DNA from: Dehalococcoidia bacterium | Lineage (GTDB): Bacteria > Chloroflexota > Dehalococcoidia > Lucifugimonadales > JADFKI01 | DNA length: 64,000 nt | NCBI GenBank assembly: GCA_963422525.1 | Contig: OY730226.1 | Coordinates: 2,261,813-2,325,812 of the forward strand | Direction of reading: 5' to 3' | In this document: positions 18,606 through 27,767 of the stretch, piece by piece | Layout: each line of letters begins with the position of its first letter | Position numbering within the stretch: position 1 is the first letter of the stretch | Made by a program: the position numbers and the translations under genes | Notes under the pieces: model-generated | What the model was told of the DNA's origin: nothing | What the model saw: only the letters and a program-made list of their open reading frames with translations | Databases searched by the model: none

Positions 18606-19589
18606 CTAATACGCCGATAGTTTGCGGATAGCATCCGCTATCTTACTCGAGTCCAGCATGTACAGCGCCTCGAGTGGCGGGCTGAACGGCATAGCCGGCA
18701 CTTCGGGCCCCGCAAGCCGTCTGACCGGCGCATCAAGGTACTCGAACGCATCCTCCGCTATTGTCGCCGCCACCTCGCCGCCGATACCGCCTACCTTATT
18801 GTCCTCATGCACTACCAGCGCCTTGCCCGTCTTTCGCGCCGATTGGAGCACGGCGTCCGTGTCCAGTGGGCGAAGCGTGCGCAGGTCAATGACCTCTACG
18901 CTGACTCCTTCGCCTTCAAGCGCATGAGCCGCCTCCAAGCAATGATGCACCATCAACCCATAGGTAAAGACCGACACATCCTCGCCGGGGCGCTTCACAT
19001 CCGCCTTGCCGATTGGAAGCGTGTACTCGACATCAGGCACTTCGCCGCGCACCAATCTATATGTGCGCTTGTGCTCCAAGAACACCACCGGGTCGTCATC
19101 CCTAATGGCGCTCTTGAGCAACCCCTTCGCGTCATAAGGCGTCGCGGGCGTAATCACCTTCAGCCCGGGCGCGTGGCAGAAGTATGCCTCCGCGGATTGC
19201 GAGTGGTACAGCGCGCCGCGCACTCCGCCGCCTTCCGGCGCTCGCAGCACCAGAGGCACGCTCAGCTTGCCATTACTCCCGTAACGCGCCCGCGCCGCCT
19301 CGCCGACAATCTGATTGAATACAGGCCAGATAAAGTCCGCAAACTGTATCTCCGCAATCGGACGCATCCCGCTCATCGCCGCGCCCAGAGCCATACCCGC
19401 AATCGAGGACTCAGCGATGGGCGTATCTATCACGCGCTCCTCGCCGAACTGGTCAATAAACCCGTCCGTAGCAAGAAACACGCCGCCGCGCACTCCCACA
19501 TCCTCGCCCAACACGAACACGCGCTCATCGCGCAGCATCTCCTCTCGCATCGCTTCGCGCACCGCCTCAAGCACATTCATCACAGCCAC
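18606..19589 (-). CDS. 2-oxoacid dehydrogenase E1 component, beta subunit
   Basis: 327 aa with LGEDVGVRGGVF and IDTPIAESSIAGMALGAA, the E1-beta pattern. GTG start at 19589, or ATG at 19580. Confidence 0.9.
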   Translation of the reverse strand: MAVMNVLEAVREAMREEMLRDERVFVLGEDVGVRGGVFLATDGFIDQFGEERVIDTPIAESSIAGMALGAAMSGMRPIAEIQFADFIWPVFNQIVGEAARARYGSNGKLSVPLVLRAPEGGGVRGALYHSQSAEAYFCHAPGLKVITPATPYDAKGLLKSAIRDDDPVVFLEHKRTYRLVRGEVPDVEYTLPIGKADVKRPGEDVSVFTYGLMVHHCLEAAHALEGEGVSVEVIDLRTLRPLDTDAVLQSARKTGKALVVHEDNKVGGIGGEVAATIAEDAFEYLDAPVRRLAGPEVPAMPFSPPLEALYMLDSSKIADAIRKLSAY

Positions 19590-19754
19590 AAGCGTTCATC
19601 TCCCTGACAGAAAATCCGCCGGCATCGCTATCGTCTGCCGGCTATCAAATCATCATCCCCTCGAAATCGGAAATCCGCGCGATTGACGAATTACCCTGAT
19701 CCGCGTAACCGGCGCATAACATATAATCGGGGAACGCCCAACGCGCCGAGCGCA

Positions 19755-20735
19755 TCAGCTCGCATACACATGCTTATAGAAATCATCGGTTTCAGGGTAT
19801 CCGGCAGCCTCAACGAAGTCTGTTACGGCATTGACTTCGGTGCGTGCCTCGGCATACAGCCGCTCCTCGGCGGCGCTGTCCAGGATGCCCATCGCGGTCA
19901 GCCGCTCCCCGAACAACTTCAGCGGGTCCCGCAAGCGCGCCTCTTCAATCTCTTCGCGTGCCCTATACCGCGTATCGTCATCGTCGCTGGTGTGCGGTAG
20001 ATACCGCTCCACCTGCGCCTCGATGAGCATCGGCCCCCGTCCGCACCGCGCGCGGCGCGCCGCCTCCGACACCGCCTCATACACGGCAATCACATCGCAG
20101 CCGTCAATCGAAATGCCCGGCATCCCGTAGCCCTCAGCGCGGCTCGCCACGCTATCGACCGCCATCTGACGATGCTGCGGCACTGATGTAGCGTACTTAT
20201 TGTTCTCACACAAGAATATCACCGGCAGCCGATGTATAGCAGCGAAGTTCATCGCTTCATGCGTGTCCCCGAAGCTTGATGCGCCATCACCGAAGTACAC
20301 GATGACAACCGCATCATCGCCGCGCATTCGCAGCGCCAGCGCAGCGCCCACCGCTTGTGGCAGCTGTGTTGAAATCACATTCGACAGGTTGATAAGCCCC
20401 AGCTCAGGATACGCGCCGTGCGTGGGAAACTGCCGCGCGCCGCTCAGTGGTTCGCCGACCTTCGCCGTAAAGCCCAGCATGATCTCTTGCGGCGTCATGC
20501 CTAGCGTCAGCATCACCGCCAAATCACGGTAGTAGATATAGAACTGATCCACCCCGCGCCGCAGCGCGTACACGCTGCCAATCTGCGCCGCCTCATGCCC
20601 CTGAGACGACGCCATAATAGCCGCCTTGCCCTGCCGGTTCAGCATCCAGATGCGCTCGTCCAGCGTGCGCGACAGCGTCATCTTGGCGTACATCTCAAGC
20701 AAAGTCTCGTTGTTCGGCGCATTAGCCATAAACAT
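19755..20735 (-). CDS. 2-oxoacid dehydrogenase E1 component, alpha subunit (TPP-dependent)
   Basis: TPP-binding region YFGDGASSFGDTHEAMNFAAIHRLPVIFLCENNKYA. Start trimmed to the ATG pair at 20735/20729, with GGAAG upstream. Confidence 0.9.
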   Translation of the reverse strand: MFMANAPNNETLLEMYAKMTLSRTLDERIWMLNRQGKAAIMASSQGHEAAQIGSVYALRRGVDQFYIYYRDLAVMLTLGMTPQEIMLGFTAKVGEPLSGARQFPTHGAYPELGLINLSNVISTQLPQAVGAALALRMRGDDAVVIVYFGDGASSFGDTHEAMNFAAIHRLPVIFLCENNKYATSVPQHRQMAVDSVASRAEGYGMPGISIDGCDVIAVYEAVSEAARRARCGRGPMLIEAQVERYLPHTSDDDDTRYRAREEIEEARLRDPLKLFGERLTAMGILDSAAEERLYAEARTEVNAVTDFVEAAGYPETDDFYKHVYAS

Positions 20736-20843
20736 AATCTTCCGACTTTTATGTCCTTCGCTCTCGCCTCCAATTATAAGAGGCAATTCTACGATGCGTC
20801 AAAACCCGCCGTCGTCCTCACTCGCGTCGGATTTCACGCAGTA

Positions 20844-21287
20844 TCAGGACTTTCGCATTCGAAGAGCGACGGCGGTAACGGCCGTAGATGTTATGAGGCT
20901 TAAGCAGCCGCCGATGATGATGTCTATCGGAACCAAGATCCCGGGCCAGTTGGCTATGGTGAAAAAGATAGGCACGATGTAGGTGGCATACGCCGCACAG
21001 CCAAGAATAACGCTGTTTTTCATCGCCTTGAAGAGGCTGTTTTCTCTGATTGCGGGTTCGACTGCGAGGTAGCTGTTTGCGAAGGCGATAAGCAGGAAGA
21101 ACACTAATATGGAAAGTCCCTCGGCGACACCCCATGCGTCCGGCGTCTTTCCAATCGCCTCCCACGGGCTGCCACTAGCTGCATGCAAATTTTTGTACAT
21201 ACTCATTACGGGAGGCAAGATGTTCCACACAATATCAATCACCGCGTATATCAAAAACGCCGCTATAAATCTGACGAGTTTAATCAT
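20844..21287 (-). CDS. integral membrane protein (hypothetical, possibly DUF2177-like)
   Basis: About 147 aa with 4 predicted TM helices. ATG 21287 is preceded by AAGGAAAGGA. The family assignment is only a vague recollection. Confidence 0.5.
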   Translation of the reverse strand: MIKLVRFIAAFLIYAVIDIVWNILPPVMSMYKNLHAASGSPWEAIGKTPDAWGVAEGLSILVFFLLIAFANSYLAVEPAIRENSLFKAMKNSVILGCAAYATYIVPIFFTIANWPGILVPIDIIIGGCLSLITSTAVTAVALRMRKS

Positions 21288-21436
21288 ATTTGTCCTTTCC
21301 TTAGCACAGGCTATTGTTGGCAGCAAAGCAGTCCGATAAGTAGGTTATAGCATCCTGTCCCATTATGTCCATCAGGTTAGTTTATAATAGTGCGTGGCAC
21401 AGCCCGCAATCAATCTCACTACTGCGAGAGTGCACA

Positions 21437-22480
21437 ATGAAATTCGCCCTCATTACCCACTTGCCCTGGCCCGAAGGCACGGAGGCGCGCGCCATCGTGA
21501 AGCAGACGACCGAGGATGTGGTTCTCGGTGAGGAGCTTGGCTTCCACAGCGCCTGGTTCGCAGAGCACCACTTCACCCGATACGGCATCGGCTCATCCGC
21601 GCTCGTCTTCGCCGGCGCTATCGCCGCCCGCACCGACAAAATTAGGCTCGGAACCGCCGTGCTCGTTCCGCCGCTGCATAACCCCATCCGCCTAGCCGAA
21701 GATACCGCCACACTCGATCTAATCAGCAACGGACGCCTTGATGTCGGTTTCGGGCGCGGCGCATCCAGAAGTGAGTTCGCGCCATACGGAATTGACCATA
21801 GCGACACGCAGGCGAGATTTCAGGAATCGGTCAACATAATTCGAGGCTTATGGACTACGCCGGAATACACGCACGAGGGCAGCCACTACAGCGTACAGCA
21901 GGCGAACCTGGTGCCTCAGCCTGCGCAGAAGCCGCACCCGCCCATCTACATCGCCGCCACCCGCACGCCGGAGACGCTGGAATTCGCAGTGTCGAACAGC
22001 TTCCCCACGATGATAGGATTGACCGTTGACACCGCCCCCGCAATCGAACTTTGCCATCGATACGAAGCGATGTCAGCCGCCGCCGGACATAACATCACAG
22101 CCGCCAGCATTCCCTTCTTCCGCTACTGTTACTTGGCAGGCACGGAAGAGCAGGCGCGCGCGGATGCGCAGAAATCGCTTAACTGGGTCATAGACCTGCT
22201 GCAATGGCGCGGGACACTCAACGGCGCAAGCGAAGCGAGCAGCAGCATCGAAGAATGGCGCAGGACGCGCGGCAAGCCGTCGCTGACATTCGACCATGTG
22301 GCAGCCCACCGATCCATCATCGGAACACCTGACCAATGCATCGCCAAACTAAAGTCGCTGCAAGCGCAAGGAATAAAATACTTCGGCTGCAACTTCGCCT
22401 TCGGCTGCATGCCCCGCGACAAGGTGACGGCGGCGATGCGGCTGTTCGCCGAAGAGGTGATGCCGGAGTTCGCAGACTGA
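21437..22480 (+). CDS. LLM-class flavin-dependent oxidoreductase (luciferase-like monooxygenase)
   Basis: MKFALITH..., GFHSAWFAEHHF and RLDVGFGRG. Start trimmed to ATG 21437. Confidence 0.85.
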   Translation: MKFALITHLPWPEGTEARAIVKQTTEDVVLGEELGFHSAWFAEHHFTRYGIGSSALVFAGAIAARTDKIRLGTAVLVPPLHNPIRLAEDTATLDLISNGRLDVGFGRGASRSEFAPYGIDHSDTQARFQESVNIIRGLWTTPEYTHEGSHYSVQQANLVPQPAQKPHPPIYIAATRTPETLEFAVSNSFPTMIGLTVDTAPAIELCHRYEAMSAAAGHNITAASIPFFRYCYLAGTEEQARADAQKSLNWVIDLLQWRGTLNGASEASSSIEEWRRTRGKPSLTFDHVAAHRSIIGTPDQCIAKLKSLQAQGIKYFGCNFAFGCMPRDKVTAAMRLFAEEVMPEFAD

Positions 22481-22520
22481 GAACACTGCCAAAGAAATCT
22501 CAGCACCCTGATGCGGATCG

Positions 22521-24815
22521 TCACGGTGTTACTGTCGGCACGGGTGTTGCTTCCGGCGTGGCAGTGGGCGCAGGCTCAGGCGTGGCAGTGGACGCAGGCT
22601 CGGGCGTGGCAGTCGGCGCAGATTCGGGCGTGGCCGTCGGCTCAGGCTCGGGCGTGGCAGTCGGCGCAGGCTCAGGCGTGGCAGTGGGCGCAGGCTCAGG
22701 CGTGGCAGTGGACGCAGGCTCAGGCGTAGCCGTCGGCTCAGGCTCAGGCGTAGCCGTCGGCGCAGGCTCGGGCGTGGCAGTCGGCTCAGGCTCAGGCGTA
22801 GCCGTCGGCTCAGGCTCAGGCGTGGCAGTGGGCGCAGATTCGGGCGTGGCAGTGGACGCAGGCTCAGGCGTAGCCGTGGGCACAGGCTCAGGCGTAGCCG
22901 TGGGCACAGGCTCAGGCGTAGCCGTGGGCACAGGCTCAGGCGTAGCCGTGGGCGCAGGCTCAGGCGTAGCCGTCGGCTCAGGCTCAGGCGTAGCCGTCGG
23001 CGCAGGCTCGGGCGTGGCAGTGGGCGCAGGCGTAGCCGTCGGTTCAGGCTCAGGCGTGGCAGTCGGCGTAGGTTCAGGCGTTGTCGCCAGACATTCTTGG
23101 TCATTCGTCGCTTGGACGCCGTCTGCGGAGACGGACGCGGCTATTCGCAGCATCAGCAGGTCGCCGCCTTGCCAGGGTTGTTCGCATACTCCCCAAACGA
23201 AGGTTGCGATGTCCTCTTCGCCCGCGAACTCGATGGCGTCTTCGAAGAGTAGGCGCAGAGCGACCGAGCCGTCGAGGGCGATGAAGTCCAAGCGGTGGCT
23301 TGCGAGGTCCGGTAAGTCGTCCTCCACTTCGAGCGCGAGTTCGACCTGACCGTCCCGCCAGCGCAGGGCTTCAATTGCCGCCTCACGGTCATCGTACTCG
23401 AAGTCCGTGGGTTCTAGCGCGCCGTTGGCATTGTCCGCGCCCACAGCCGCGCCAATTGCCACAGGGTCGAAGAACGCTTCGTGCAGCGCGCCCGTTTCCG
23501 GAGAGAATGTGTACCTCTCTGCTACTGGCGGAACTGCATAGTCACACGGAATTTCCTCGGGCAGTTGAGCATGCCAGTAAATTTGATAGAGTCCGGATGG
23601 TAGGGGACGTACTGCCTTAAGATGAACATCGTATGCAGTAATTTCACTGCGTGTTGCCCAGTAGTCGGGTGTGATGACTTGCCCTCCCTCCAGTAATAAG
23701 ATTTGGAAGAACCTTGCATCCTCTCCCGTCAGCCACTCCTTTACATATCCTAATCCACCAAAGCGAGCGCTTCTGTCTATTATTGAATTAGCGGGTTGCC
23801 CGGAAGGGAATGGACCTAGCTCAGTTTGACGGGAAGAATAGGCTTCCTCTTCGACTTCCATGTATCTGCGGAGAAAGCGTTCACCGCGGAGCTTCGCCTC
23901 AATACATTCTCTGTAACCTTCGATGCCTTTTCCCTCTCTCAGTAGCGCATCCATCGCATTGATGCGTTCGCGCAAGTCCTCGATTGAAAACTCTGTGGGT
24001 TTATCAATCTCATCTGCAAGAAGTGAAGCGGATGCGACTCTGGCGGATTCGGTGGACAATGACCTATCGAAGCTCTCGACGGCGGGAAACCATCCGAGAG
24101 CCGTATTGTTCCCTCCCCATCCGTGTGATGAGTTTAAGGTGTCTGTCACAAATGAATATATTCTCTCTTCGTTTGACGCTTCGCGTGAGATCTCATCCGG
24201 ATACCTCACAGTTTTAAGGAAGACTACTGCTTCTCGGTTATTGAGTATAGGGTTTCGCAGGGCAAGTTCGCTCTCTGCGGAAGTTTCGGCATCTTCGTCG
24301 CTAAGTACAGTACGGGCGTATGCCATATCAACGGTTATTTTGGAGGCGCCGCTTCCCTTGAGGTATTCAATTACCTCGAAGTGGGTCTGTATCAGCGGAA
24401 TGTAGCCGGTTTGTCCGTCATTGCGCTGGGCCTTCAAAGTATCCACAAACGAGTCTGTTGGGCGCACGATAGCTATCACATCCGCGAAGAATATATGCTC
24501 ATTAAGTGAAAGGGGGCCGTCGAGATAAGTCTTAGGAGCTGAGCTCGCAGCTGCTGGGACTAAGGCCGGCGCTGATCCGGTGGACGGCGCAGGTGACTTT
24601 GACACTGACTTCGCCATTCCTGTTGTTGATGTGGTGGGCAGGGTAACCGCCGCTGAAACATCGGAAGTTGCTAGCCCATCCTTGGCGGTTGTGGGCTGGG
24701 GTGAGTTGCTGCAAGCTGCCATCATTATGACGACGAAACAGAACAGCGCCAGGATATATGCCCAAGATAATCGCGCGGTCAGAGTTACTTCCCTTCCGAG
24801 CACGACGAAGGTCAT
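22521..24815 (-). CDS. membrane-anchored / lipoprotein-like protein of unknown function with a C-terminal (TATPEPxP)n tail (copy A)
   Basis: 764 aa. ATG is preceded by TAAGGAG. N-terminal hydrophobic helix ends in a lipobox-like MAAC. The non-repeat body of about 540 aa recalls no family I know. The last 190 aa or so are about 22 octapeptide units of TATPEP(A/E/V)P. Confidence 0.75.
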   Translation of the reverse strand: MTFVVLGREVTLTARLSWAYILALFCFVVIMMAACSNSPQPTTAKDGLATSDVSAAVTLPTTSTTGMAKSVSKSPAPSTGSAPALVPAAASSAPKTYLDGPLSLNEHIFFADVIAIVRPTDSFVDTLKAQRNDGQTGYIPLIQTHFEVIEYLKGSGASKITVDMAYARTVLSDEDAETSAESELALRNPILNNREAVVFLKTVRYPDEISREASNEERIYSFVTDTLNSSHGWGGNNTALGWFPAVESFDRSLSTESARVASASLLADEIDKPTEFSIEDLRERINAMDALLREGKGIEGYRECIEAKLRGERFLRRYMEVEEEAYSSRQTELGPFPSGQPANSIIDRSARFGGLGYVKEWLTGEDARFFQILLLEGGQVITPDYWATRSEITAYDVHLKAVRPLPSGLYQIYWHAQLPEEIPCDYAVPPVAERYTFSPETGALHEAFFDPVAIGAAVGADNANGALEPTDFEYDDREAAIEALRWRDGQVELALEVEDDLPDLASHRLDFIALDGSVALRLLFEDAIEFAGEEDIATFVWGVCEQPWQGGDLLMLRIAASVSADGVQATNDQECLATTPEPTPTATPEPEPTATPAPTATPEPAPTATPEPEPTATPEPAPTATPEPVPTATPEPVPTATPEPVPTATPEPASTATPESAPTATPEPEPTATPEPEPTATPEPAPTATPEPEPTATPEPASTATPEPAPTATPEPAPTATPEPEPTATPESAPTATPEPASTATPEPAPTATPEATPVPTVTP
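22548..23080. repeat. 24-bp in-frame tandem repeat array (about 22 units) encoding the TATPEPxP tail of copy A
   Basis: Plus-strand unit is approximately GGCTCAGGCGTGGCAGTGGGCGCA, repeated head to tail with point variants. One unit is shortened to 18 bp. Confidence 0.9.
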
Positions 24816-24825
24816 TGTTCACTCC

Positions 24826-25332
24826 TTAGTGTGATGTGTGGTTGCCGTAGAGTGCCCTCATAGATTTCTTGTCATTGTCGTTGAGGTTTTGCGTATTATG
24901 GCCTATTCTGGCATTCATAGCGTCGCTCGGGTCGGAACTATGCCAAAGACCGGCTGCATGCCCAAATTCGTGTGCCATGTAAATGGGCATGTACAGAAAT
25001 CTAGAGAGTCTACGAGCATCAGCGAAGTTATTAGTCCACTGGTAGGATGTACCTCCCGAATTAGGCTGATACTCGAAGTGCAGTTTTTGTTGCCTGTTGA
25101 AGTGTGGATAAGTATCTCCTGATCCGTACACCACGCAGGCGATGTTCCCCCTACCGCAGTGGTCTGTGCCGCTGCGGCTGTAGTACCCCTGTACGACCAC
25201 ATCGGCGGATGAGGTCGAAGAGATTTTTGTGAACGACATGCCAGTCCCTGCGCCGTTCCACTTGCCGGCGCCTTGGTTAGTCGCCACTTTGTACTTGTCG
25301 ATGGTCTGCTGCACCAGCGTGACGTTCACCAC
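24826..25332 (-). CDS. metzincin-type zinc metalloprotease domain ORF (short paralog; possibly the surviving end of a decayed gene)
   Basis: 168 codons with HEFGHAAGLWH (HExxHxxGxxH). The C-terminus ...YGNHTSH parallels ...YYNHSPH of the large paralog. The only start is GTG with no SD. The stop sits directly before the SD of the next gene. Confidence 0.45.
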   Translation of the reverse strand: MVNVTLVQQTIDKYKVATNQGAGKWNGAGTGMSFTKISSTSSADVVVQGYYSRSGTDHCGRGNIACVVYGSGDTYPHFNRQQKLHFEYQPNSGGTSYQWTNNFADARRLSRFLYMPIYMAHEFGHAAGLWHSSDPSDAMNARIGHNTQNLNDNDKKSMRALYGNHTSH

Positions 25333-25545
25333 CAGCGGGCTGGCGAAGGCGTATGAGTAGCAATCGGCTTTGATGTCGGCGTCGGGACTGACGCGGAAAT
25401 GATGCTGAAGGTGTAAGTTCGCAGCAGAATGTTGGTGGAAGCGCGGCGCAGCTCCACTGTACCTATATCAGACTAACATCTGGCAAGATACACAGTCTGG
25501 CCATCATATCGCTCACGCTCATCGTAATCAGTTCTCGAATAATTT
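25333..25545 (-). pseudogene. decayed 5' remnant of a protease gene, homologous to 29340-29560
   Basis: Hand alignment to the large paralog. The remnant reads ...YDGQTVYLARC*SDIGTVELRRASTNILLRTYTFSIISASVPTPT...; the intact copy reads ...NGQTVYLAGCQSGIGTVELRHASTNALLRTYTFSISSASVPAPT.... The in-frame TAG at 25473-25475 replaces CAG. The frame then ends (ARWW*) out of frame with the 168-codon ORF. Confidence 0.6.
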
Positions 25546-25584
25546 CTCGGTTGAGCGGCAGAGCCATTTTGTGGAGGTTATTTT

Positions 25585-27714
25585 TCAGCCTGAATTATAT
25601 CGCAAAATCGCTGATGGCTCGGGCGTGGCAGTCGGTTCCGGCGTGGCAGTGGGCGCAGGCTCAGGCGTAGCCGTCGGCTCAGGCTCAGGCGTGGCCGTTG
25701 GCGCAGGTTCAGGCGTGGCAGTGGACGCGGGCTCAGGCGTAGCAGTCGGCACAGGCTCAGGCGTAGCAGTCGGCGCAGGCTCAGGCGTGGCAGTGGATGC
25801 AGGCTCAGGCATAGACGCCGGCTCAGGCTCAGGCGTGGCAGTCGGCGCAGGCTCGGGCGTAAATGTCGGCGCAGGCTCAGGCGTGGCAGTCGGCGCAGGC
25901 TCGGGCGCTGCCGTCGGCGCAGGCTCAGGCGTGGCCGTCGGCTCAGGCTCAGGCGTGGCCGTCGGCTCAGGCTCGGGCGTAGGCTCAGCCGTTGTCGCCA
26001 GACACTCGAGGTCATTCGTCGATTGGACGCCGTCTGCGGAGACGGACGCGGCTATTCGCAGCATCAGCAGGTCGCCATTCTGCCAGGGCTGTTCGCATAC
26101 GCCCCAAACGAAGGCTGCGATGTCCTCTTCGTCCGCGAACTCAACGGCGTCTTCGAAGAGTAGGCGCAGAGCGACCGAGCCGTCGAGAGCGATGAAGTCC
26201 AAGCGGTGGCTTGCGAGGTCCGGTAAGTCGTCCTCCACTTCGAGCGCGAGTTCGACCTGGCCGTCCCGCCAGCGCAGGGCTTCAATTGCCGCCTCCCGGT
26301 CATCGTGCTCGAAGTCCGTGGGGTCTAGCGCGCCGTTGGCATTGTCCGCGCCCACAGCATCGTCAATTGCCACAGGGTCGAAGAACGCTTCGTGCAGCGT
26401 GCCTGAAGGCGCGAAGACATCCACAACAAGTTCCTCCGATGTCCTCAATCTATCAGGATAGGCATTGCACGGAACATACTTGGCGTTCAGCGAGTTGATA
26501 TAGAAACGATAGTCACCCATAGGAAGGGGGCGAAGATTGCCGACCAGCGCTATGTCATCTACTATATGGAAGAGATGAGCGTCTTCTCCTTCCAGCCAAG
26601 CCTCTATATCGAAATCGTTCGCATATGTTATATCGGAGGGACCAAGATAGTCCGGAATCTGAAAGGGCCTTGTGCCGCGTGCGAACACCGTGTCTGCATG
26701 TGAGCCGGATGCCAGCTGGTGGTCATAAGTTTTAGTCCTGTAACCGTATTTAGAGGATGCGTTATGGTGCTCCACTTCTCTGTACCGTCTGTACTTTTCA
26801 TAGACACACCGGCTGTACTCCTCAGAACCGTCTCCCGCATCAACTTCCTCTTGCAACTCTGCGATGAGACCCTTCAGCCGTGAAAGCGTTATAGTAGATG
26901 AGTCGCCGCCCGTGCCCAAGGCTTTGTTGAAGGCGCTGTCCGCAACTCGGTAGTCTATTCGCTCCGCATATGATTCGCCTTCTACCCGCTTAGCGCCTGT
27001 GAGAAAACGCTGCTCGTCGCTATTCCCGTCGGCAGATGCAGGTGAGGCAATCTTGTCAACGCCTTCGATTTCATCGGCAGACGGAAGCCACTTCTTGGCG
27101 TCTGGGCTGTCTATGGCGTAGCCGTTGGTAGAGTCCCAAGGATTTGCCGTGCCCAGTTCATAGCGATCCGGCTGCTGCGTTGTGCTTACTACAGTCTGAT
27201 CCTTTCTCAGGAAGACTATCGCCTCCCTGTCGTCCCAGAAGGTATCGTGAGTTTCGGTGAAGGCTTCTCCGAACGCGAACGCTCCGACCTTGCTTTGGTA
27301 GATATACGGGTCGCTATGAACGATGCCCACAATTTCACCGCTGCCTCCTCCTTTCAGATACTCAATCACCTCAAAGCGGAACTCCAGCGCGTTAGCATAT
27401 ACGGTATGCTGGACCCACTCACCGTCCTCTTCCTGACCTGATAAATGGAGAGTTTCCACATTCGGGGACACAGAGAGCAGCCTAACCCTGGCTACGACAT
27501 CAGATTCCAAGATGCGTTCCTCAAGACTAATGGGGCCGCCGTAGTATGGTTGAGCGCCCAAGCCGCCTGATGGCAGTCTGTACAACAATGCAAAGCCAAT
27601 ATCGGCGGCGACGCCACTGAATATCATCACTCCAATGACGACCAAGAGAATAGCCACCGCAGCCGAGATTTTATACACGCGGCGGCTTATTTTGGTTCTC
27701 ATTCTGCGAAGCAT
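25585..27714 (-). CDS. membrane-anchored protein of unknown function with a C-terminal (TATPEPxP)n tail (copy B)
   Basis: 709 aa. ATG is preceded by GGAGG. N-terminal signal anchor (ISAAVAILLVVIGVMIFSGV). The body is homologous to copy A throughout: weakly at the N-terminus and nearly identically over the last 130 non-repeat residues or so. The tail has about 15 octapeptide units. Confidence 0.75.
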   Translation of the reverse strand: MLRRMRTKISRRVYKISAAVAILLVVIGVMIFSGVAADIGFALLYRLPSGGLGAQPYYGGPISLEERILESDVVARVRLLSVSPNVETLHLSGQEEDGEWVQHTVYANALEFRFEVIEYLKGGGSGEIVGIVHSDPYIYQSKVGAFAFGEAFTETHDTFWDDREAIVFLRKDQTVVSTTQQPDRYELGTANPWDSTNGYAIDSPDAKKWLPSADEIEGVDKIASPASADGNSDEQRFLTGAKRVEGESYAERIDYRVADSAFNKALGTGGDSSTITLSRLKGLIAELQEEVDAGDGSEEYSRCVYEKYRRYREVEHHNASSKYGYRTKTYDHQLASGSHADTVFARGTRPFQIPDYLGPSDITYANDFDIEAWLEGEDAHLFHIVDDIALVGNLRPLPMGDYRFYINSLNAKYVPCNAYPDRLRTSEELVVDVFAPSGTLHEAFFDPVAIDDAVGADNANGALDPTDFEHDDREAAIEALRWRDGQVELALEVEDDLPDLASHRLDFIALDGSVALRLLFEDAVEFADEEDIAAFVWGVCEQPWQNGDLLMLRIAASVSADGVQSTNDLECLATTAEPTPEPEPTATPEPEPTATPEPAPTAAPEPAPTATPEPAPTFTPEPAPTATPEPEPASMPEPASTATPEPAPTATPEPVPTATPEPASTATPEPAPTATPEPEPTATPEPAPTATPEPTATPEPSAILRYNSG
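25617..25990. repeat. 24-bp in-frame tandem repeat array (about 15 units) encoding the tail of copy B
   Basis: Same 24-bp unit family as 22548..23080. Confidence 0.9.
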
Positions 27715-27767
27715 CTAGCTTCCTCCGTGATCACTATTTTCAGCGCCGATTTCTAGTGCGGGTTATG

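Noticed and set aside
22548-23080. Possible CRISPR array, given the regular short repeats (also at 25617..25990)
   Set aside because: The period is 24 bp with no unique spacers between units. The arrays are in frame inside long ORFs, and no cas genes or leader are present.
22336-23349. 337-aa plus-strand ORF full of GSGVAV repeats, and its twin at 25571..26461
   Set aside because: These are the antisense reading of the 24-bp arrays. The minus-strand frames have SD sequences and N-terminal anchors, and they continue into a long conserved non-repeat domain. The plus-strand ORFs have none of this and overlap the end of the LLM gene frame.
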